Assembly (NCBI GenBank): GCA_963751115.1
Contig: CAVVTN010000007.1
Coordinates: forward strand, 69 to 64,068
Origin: an uncultured Candidatus Altimarinota bacterium
GTDB taxonomy: Bacteria; Patescibacteriota; Gracilibacteria; BD1-5; UBA2023
Length of the DNA: 64,000 nucleotides
Direction of reading: 5' to 3'
Below are positions 58,360-64,000 of this stretch, piece after piece; the first letter of the stretch is position 1, and every line of letters begins with the position of its first letter. The position numbers and the translations under genes were made by a program. Below the pieces are notes generated by a model. It was not told the origin of the DNA. It did no database searches and saw only the letters and a program-made list of their open reading frames with translations.

Positions 58360-59322
58360 TTATTTCCTCTCCATACTCACGCCACGATTTCGAAATATTT
58401 CTTTTTCAATCTCTGTGAGAAGAGGGGAGAGATTGGCTCATTTGAGGACTATTTTTTGCCCATATTCGTTGTTTCTCTTAGTGAATAACTCTTTATCAAA
58501 ATAGAGTTCGATATCGGGAGTTTTTAAAATCTCGAGTTTATTTCGGAGTTTGTAGATGATATCTTTGATTCGTTCCTTGCTTTTGTCCCGCACCCAGATA
58601 TGGACGAGTTCTTTATACGGTGGATAGGAAAATTGTTTCCTCTCTGCGAGAGTGTGTACGAGGAAATCCCGATAGTTTCCTTCGGTGATATTCTGGATGA
58701 GATCGGATTTTGGTGCAAATGTTTGAATCAAAATTTCTGACCCTTTCCGAGCGTTATAAGTGATGTTGGTATAGATTTTTTCTTCTATGTCGTATTCTGG
58801 AACGGCTATTTCTGACTCGAGAAGGAGAAACGCGACGAGTTCTATTCATTCAATCGTAAGAGTATTTCCCATCTCGGTAGAGAGGAGAATCTGAGCTTCG
58901 GATATTTCCTGAAAATGGAGTCCTTCTGATTTTTTCTTATCGGAATCTATGCGGGCAATACGGAGACTTGGAAAGAGTTTATAGAGATTTTCCTCGATTT
59001 TTTGTATCCCAAATCCTATACTATTGAGGTTATTTCCATGGCACTTCGGACAAGTATGAAGCATAGGAGATTCCGCACTACAGTGATGACAGAGGAGTTT
59101 GTGGTTTGGGGAAGTATGTACAATCATCGCAAGATCACAATTTTCGCAACTTGCCTGATATCCACAGTCTTTGCAAATGAGCGTTCGAGCCGATCCTCGA
59201 CGATTAAAAAACAGCAGACATTTTTTCCCATTCGCAATGGTTTCTGTTATTTTCCGCAGGAGCTCATCCGATAGAAAGGGGAGCGAACAGCGAGTGTAGT
59301 TGAGATCTATTATAGTAAACAT
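58360..59322 (-). CDS. priA: PriA C-terminal half only (zinc-binding and C-terminal domains, 320 aa)
   Basis: LLFFNRRGSARTLICKDCGY..CENCD...LLCHHC...CPKC...RIDSD matches the Cys-rich and C-terminal parts of PriA. No helicase motif I-III region is present. An in-frame TAG lies at 59452-59454 upstream. Confidence 0.65.
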
Positions 59323-59404
59323 GAAATAGGGGACAGAGGATAGAGAATAGAGATAAGGGGGAAGTCCTCCTTGATGGGCGTTTTTTTTAAGACTCACAAC
59401 TTTT

Positions 59405-59535
59405 TCACCTCATCCCCTCACTCCTTCTCCTATGAGGAGAAGGAGGAACGACTACCCCGTCTCGTTCCTCGACACCCCTTCAAACTGAAGGGGAATTTAC
59501 CCCCTCTCCTCCTAGGAGAGGGCTGGGGTGAGGTG
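59405..59535. repeat. 131-bp GC-rich multi-hairpin element
   Basis: Outer stem cacctcatcccc/ggggtgaggtg encloses hairpins ctccttctcc-tatg-aggagaaggag, aggaacga...tcgttcct, cccctt-caaact-gaagggg and ccctctcc-tcct-aggagaggg. Confidence 0.7.
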
Positions 59536-59537
59536 GA

Positions 59538-59984
59538 CTATTCCAACTCGCTCTTGATAAATTTTACGAAATCTTGGGCAGTATCGAAGTTATGATAGAC
59601 GGAAGCAAATCGTATGTAGGCAACATCGTCTATATCCTTGAGTCGATGGAGGATATCTTTCCCGATTCGTTTTGAGGTAATTCCTTTCTTGTTCGATGCC
59701 CATTCGTTCTCGAGTTCATTGATCATCTGCTCGATCTGGTTGTGATCCATACTTCGCTTGTTGAACGCCATAAGGATACTTCGTTGTACCTTGGATCGAT
59801 CGTAGAGATCCTTTTCTCCCGTGGATTTTGTTACGAGGAAATTGATAAATTCGAGACGTTCAAAAGTGGTGAATCGAGCTTCACATTTCTCACACTCACG
59901 CCGACGTCGGATAGACTGGCCATCCTCGGTCATACGAGAGTCGATAACTTTGGTATCGAGATTTTTACATTTAGGACAGCGCAT
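59538..59984 (-). CDS. nrdR: transcriptional repressor NrdR (148 aa)
   Basis: MRCPKC...DSR...IRRRRECEKC zinc ribbon plus an ATP-cone. Intact track ORF. Confidence 0.9.
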   Translation of the reverse strand: MRCPKCKNLDTKVIDSRMTEDGQSIRRRRECEKCEARFTTFERLEFINFLVTKSTGEKDLYDRSKVQRSILMAFNKRSMDHNQIEQMINELENEWASNKKGITSKRIGKDILHRLKDIDDVAYIRFASVYHNFDTAQDFVKFIKSELE

Positions 59985-60060
59985 AGGTAGTTGAGAATTG
60001 AAAATGTAGAATTGAAAATGAGTGTATGAATTTTTCTCTTTTTGTAAAGTTTGAGGGAAG

Positions 60061-60102
60061 AAAAAATCCGAGAATATTTTCGTATATTCTCGGATTTTTT
60101 TG
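60061..60102. terminator. hairpin terminator
   Basis: aatccgagaatat-tttcgt-atattctcggatt flanked by A and T runs. Confidence 0.65.
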
Positions 60103-60111
60103 AAAAAGATA

Positions 60112-60558
60112 TTATTCCCCTTTCAAAAGTTCTTTTCCTTGTCCTCCAATAGCTGTAGCAATGATATCGATAACAGAACCAAAAACTGCTCAGAGAAGAA
60201 GAGTTTGTATAAGGAGTGCCATTTCAGAAGCCGCTTCTGTACTTGCTGGTAGTGCATCCATCCCAGATAGGGGATCGATAAATACTCCAACAGCGAGCTC
60301 TATGGAGATTATTAAACCAAATACCGCTCCACGCAGGAATGCTGGGCATTTAAAACCAAATATCGGATGTACCATATATACTCCGCCAATAGCTACGACA
60401 AAGGCAAGAGTGATACGATTCGCAATAATTGTCCACATAAGATCGCTCCCAAATATATGGGGCATTATCTGGAAAGAAAGATAATAGAGGGTAATCCCTG
60501 CTGTGATAACCCCAAGAATCATTGCAACAATGAATCTCTTCAAAAAAGATACTTTCAT
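60112..60558 (-). CDS. hypothetical integral membrane protein (148 aa)
   Basis: Four predicted TM helices. The track ORF is extended past TGA 60190 to TAA 60112. Confidence 0.55.
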
Positions 60559-60641
60559 ATATAACAAAGATGAGAATATAAAATGTCACTAGGTATCGTA
60601 TGCGAAACGTGTACTTTGTCAAAATTAATATTTCTTGGTTT

Positions 60642-60744
60642 TGTCATTTCGAGTACAACGAGAAATCTTCCATAGCTTCATAAACTAAAAATCCCTACTT
60701 TTATGAAAGCCAAGGAAGATTTCTCACATTCGTTCGAAATGACC
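60642..60744. repeat. MITE-like element (TGTCATTTCGA...TCGAAATGACC)
   Basis: Same termini and inner ggaagatttctca motif as 33911-34028. Confidence 0.65.
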
Positions 60745-60749
60745 ATTTT

Positions 60750-63035
60750 TTAATATTTCTTCTCGACTTTTGTTCCATCGAGAAAATAAGCAATGATTTG
60801 CTTGTAATCAAAGCTCATATTGGTAGCGAGATAGGTGGCACCGATTCCACTAATCCCGACCCCGTGTCATTTCTGGGTATGTCCGACTCCTCCTGGATCA
60901 GTTACACTTTGGAGATAGGGAATATCTTCACAAACAGTATTTTTCCCTATGGTTCTATTTTTTACTCGCTCATCGCAGTATTGCTTGTAGGAAAGAGTTT
61001 GTCCGTTTGATTCGCTGAAATACCAAGGTTTGATAAGTTTGCCTTCGTAGGTGATAATCTGTCCATTGGTGAGATCTACAAGTCGAGAACTATTCGGACT
61101 TCGTTTCTCGTACCCGTACCCGAGATATTTTTGAAATTCATCGGGATTATCAGAGCCATCGTACGATTTTCCTGGGAATTTTCGATTCTCGGGCTTGGTA
61201 TAAAAATACGCATACGATCTCGCTGCTGTGAGAATAGTTTTGATTTTTTCTTCATTATTATCATTGGAAACTTCCGCGATTCAGCGGAGATAATCTTCGA
61301 GTGGGAGCTCATTGATAACCACCAGATTTCCACCTTCATTCTGGAGTATGATTTTGCCACGGAAGATATTATCATTCATAGTACCGGTCGTATCCCAACT
61401 CGGTTTCCGATTCCAGCTCGGTATAGCGATGGTATTTGCTTCTATTTCTACTTTGGAGAATGGGTATTTTTTCTTCCCGAGAACGAGGGCGATTTGATTA
61501 GTTCCACTTGCTTCAAAAGGAAGTTCGGGATTTTTCTTGAGTGTTCCAGAATTGATCCCGATCGTCAGTCGAGGAAGTTTATTGTCTCAGGATTTGAGAC
61601 GGATAGTGGAGCCAGTATAAGAGAGGCGAATTCGGATAAGTGGTCATTTATTTAATATCGGCATTTGTACCGTACTAGAATCGAGCGAAGCAATCTTGGT
61701 TGCGTCATAGTTTGGGTTCAAAATAAGCGTGCGACCTTTGGATGTCGTTTCATTTTTTCGCCAATCTTGCACGAGTAAAAAGAGATTGTCTCCTGGACAA
61801 CTTGTGAAACCTAATTCCTTGTGTCCCGCAAGATTTGGAGTATTGAAATCCTCGATGATACATGTACTTTTCTGACACTCTTTGTGTCCGATGGATGTTT
61901 TGTGGATATCGATCCCGTACTTTTTTGAGAGATATTCTACGATTGTTTTCATAGATTCTTCTTGTTCTGTTACGACAGAATCTGTCATAAAATTCCCCAT
62001 AACACTGACTCCGACGGAGCTTTTATTATTCCACATCGCATGTGCTGCGACATTGTAATCTCCACCGGCACGACCTTCGTAAATCTGTCCGCGTTGCCCG
62101 ATCAGGTAATTGTACCCGATATCGCCCCAACCACGAACCACGGTATGATAATAATAAATCCCACGAATCAGTGTAAAATCATCTTTATTTTTCATATTGT
62201 CTTCTGCTGTGTGGTGGATAACGATCCGTTCCACTTGCTTCGTCTTCTGTATCGGCCAGACGAGCTCATGTCCATTTTCGGTTCTCGTGGTTTCTATGGC
62301 TCGATCTTGTTCGGGGAAATTAGTGGCGAGGTAGGTATTAATAGTCTGAACACGCGTTTCATACGCTATCGTCGCATCGGATTTCGGTTTGTCTTTATTG
62401 GCCTCGATCTTATCAAATACCACCTTCCAAGTGGGGCTATCTTTGTAACGAAGGGTTTCATCGGCTCACCAATCTGCTCTTTTTATGATACTTGGGGCAG
62501 TACTTCCGATGGCTGCTTCTGCGGTATCGCCCCCGAAGGCGATATGGAGATTCGCCGCATCGGTATCGAGTCCTATGATGGAAATAGTCGGGATTTCGAC
62601 ATCGGATTTCGTTTCAATAGTATAGGAAATATGACTTGTTTTATCCAAGAAAATCGGTTCGGTATAGTAGAAGTTTTCGCTTCGTCCATCACCGTCCATA
62701 TCTATCGTGAGAGGAAATGTTTTCCCATCTGCCACGAGATTTACTCGAATCGGATTCGCTCCTGCTTCTATGACAAATGTTTTTGGAATCTTTATCGTGA
62801 ACATATTCTGTTCAGTCGAAAAATCAACACTTCCCGTCGCTCATTTCCAGAGTGAGATGGATTTTGAATTATTTTCTGTACTTGCCGTTGGTTCTGTAAT
62901 CTCTTGAAAATGAAGAGTCTGCATCGTATCTTCTGAAGCATAGGTGTACTTTTTCACCATATGAAAACTCCCGACGATGGGTGAGAAAATAGGGAGAAAA
63001 AGTGTGATGAGAGTGAGGAAAACAAGTTTTTTCAT
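60750..63035 (-). CDS. N-acetylmuramoyl-L-alanine amidase (Amidase_2/PGRP-like) fused to SpoIID/LytB domain (761 aa)
   Basis: Signal peptide. IVIHHTAED and GWGDIGYNYLIG amidase motifs. The C-terminal half has AARSYAYFY...YDGSDNPDEFQKY (SpoIID-like). Frame traced across 6 TGA. Confidence 0.75.
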
Positions 63036-63195
63036 GAAAGATTTAATGGATGCTAATGACAGAGAGTATATGGAAAATTGAGATTTTTCAAATCTGAGGT
63101 TTGAATTCATATATGATATTAAAAAAAACTTTTGATTTACAAAAAAAAAAAACGATATACTTTCTCTGTCATTTTAGTTTCTAAATATTTTTCAT

Positions 63196-63714
63196 ATGAA
63201 ACAGTTTGTATCTTGGTTGGGAAAACGAATGATTAACGGTGTCGTTACTGGTATATTTTTGATGGTAACTGCTTTCTGAATTACTTATGCTCTAACCTAT
63301 CCATCTGCTCCACCAGTAGGAGAAGTGGTAGGTGGGAAGTTTATGCAGTATTTTAATAGCATCAAAGTACCATGTCCAAATGGGTATTATCTCAATGGGT
63401 ATGATGTGAATTTTCATAGAACTTGTCTCTTGGCTCCTGCAGGACCAACAGGTGCTACTGGTGCAAATGGAGCTACTGGACCTCAGTGAGCTACTGGACC
63501 TGCTGATGCAAGTGGTGGTGGTGCAGGATGTTCAATAGTTTGAGTTTATGCACCGTGACCTTATTATCGGCCAACTTGGGGTAATGTAATAGTACCAGAA
63601 ATGACAGTTATACTTGGAGCACCGACAGCATGTCCTACTCAATCAATAGATCAATGTCTTAATGGAGTTTGGGTAAACGTGCTAATCAATGGTGGAGGTG
63701 GTTGCTGATGATAG
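63196..63714 (+). CDS. small secreted/membrane protein with collagen-like Gly-X-Y run (172 aa)
   Basis: N-terminal TM. GPTGATGANGATGPQ-G(TGA 63487)-ATGP. Cys-rich C-terminus ending GGGGC-G-G. 6 in-frame TGA. Confidence 0.55.
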
Positions 63715-63753
63715 TAATACATTTTTTTCTTTTTACTTCTTTTTATTTTCCTT

Positions 63754-64000
63754 ATGTCTAAATATTTCCTTTTTCTTTTCTCTCTTTTTTTTCTAATTTC
63801 TTGTTCTGATACTACTTCTGTCCAAAAGCCGATAATTCCACAAGATCAAAATACTATTCCCGTAGTATCACCCGTATCTTCCCAGACCGGAACAGATATA
63901 ACAACGAGACAAAAAGCAAATATTCAAAAAGCACAACAAAAACAATATACTACTTTTATGCAAACAGCCCTCGAAAATTGTGATTCTCCAGAGTTCAAAA
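63754..64000 (+). CDS. lipoprotein, hypothetical (5' part; runs off window)
   Basis: MSKYFLFLFSLFFLISCS lipobox. The frame is open to the window end. Confidence 0.5.
   Translation, partial: MSKYFLFLFSLFFLISCSDTTSVQKPIIPQDQNTIPVVSPVSSQTGTDITTRQKANIQKAQQKQYTTFMQTALENCDSPEFK

Noticed and set aside
59405-59535. Reading the GC-rich element as an N-terminal extension of priA, or as a small ORF (59371-59595 plus strand).
   Set aside because: An in-frame TAG interrupts the priA frame at 59452. The sequence is a stack of perfect hairpins that translate as low-complexity Gly/Pro/Glu in any frame.
1-64000. Reading the many TGA-interrupted conserved genes as a decaying, pseudogene-rich genome.
   Set aside because: The TGAs sit specifically on invariant glycines. 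Frames never shift across them, and all genes end in TAA or TAG. Recoding explains this far better than decay.

Overview
AT-rich bacterial window with no rRNA and no CRISPR array. It only makes sense under translation table 25 (TGA = Gly), which points to a Gracilibacteria/Absconditabacteria-type CPR (Patescibacteria) genome. In-frame TGAs fall on invariant glycines of many unrelated conserved motifs. Reading through them collapses the fragmented ORF track into about 60 genes that all end in TAA or TAG.

Housekeeping genes present: recR, rsmH, an ftsL-like gene, rsmA, hsp20, a pilC-like gene, an S41 protease, rpsA, glutaredoxin, a DEAD-box helicase, a yvcK-like gene, two SPFH proteins plus NfeD, rsmG, two M23 peptidases, rplS, dnaA, nrdR, an amidase/SpoIID fusion, tRNA-Gln and tRNA-His.

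Accessory and notable content:
- Two near-identical IS30 copies lie in inverted orientation. One is freshly inserted, with a 3-bp target duplication, into a ~1730-aa M4 surface protease gene.
- The 9.2-kb segment between the IS30 copies lies next to a scarred tRNA-Gln locus. It carries a disrupted zeta-toxin-like kinase, an HNH-DKNYY fusion and a 1183-aa UvrD/PD-(D/E)XK helicase-nuclease.
- A complete diversity-generating retroelement (target-VR, avd, TR, RT) has 17 of 18 TR/VR differences at TR adenines. It is flanked by 25-bp direct repeats and sits next to a pilin cluster that includes a pilin fused to BspA-type leucine-rich repeats.
- An rve-family IS lies immediately upstream of that pilin gene.
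- GC-rich nested palindromic elements are inserted in frame inside coding genes, and a separate family of MITE-like hairpin-ended elements occupies intergenic gaps.
- The priA gene consists of the C-terminal half only.

All coordinates come from manual translation, and start codons are the least certain part.
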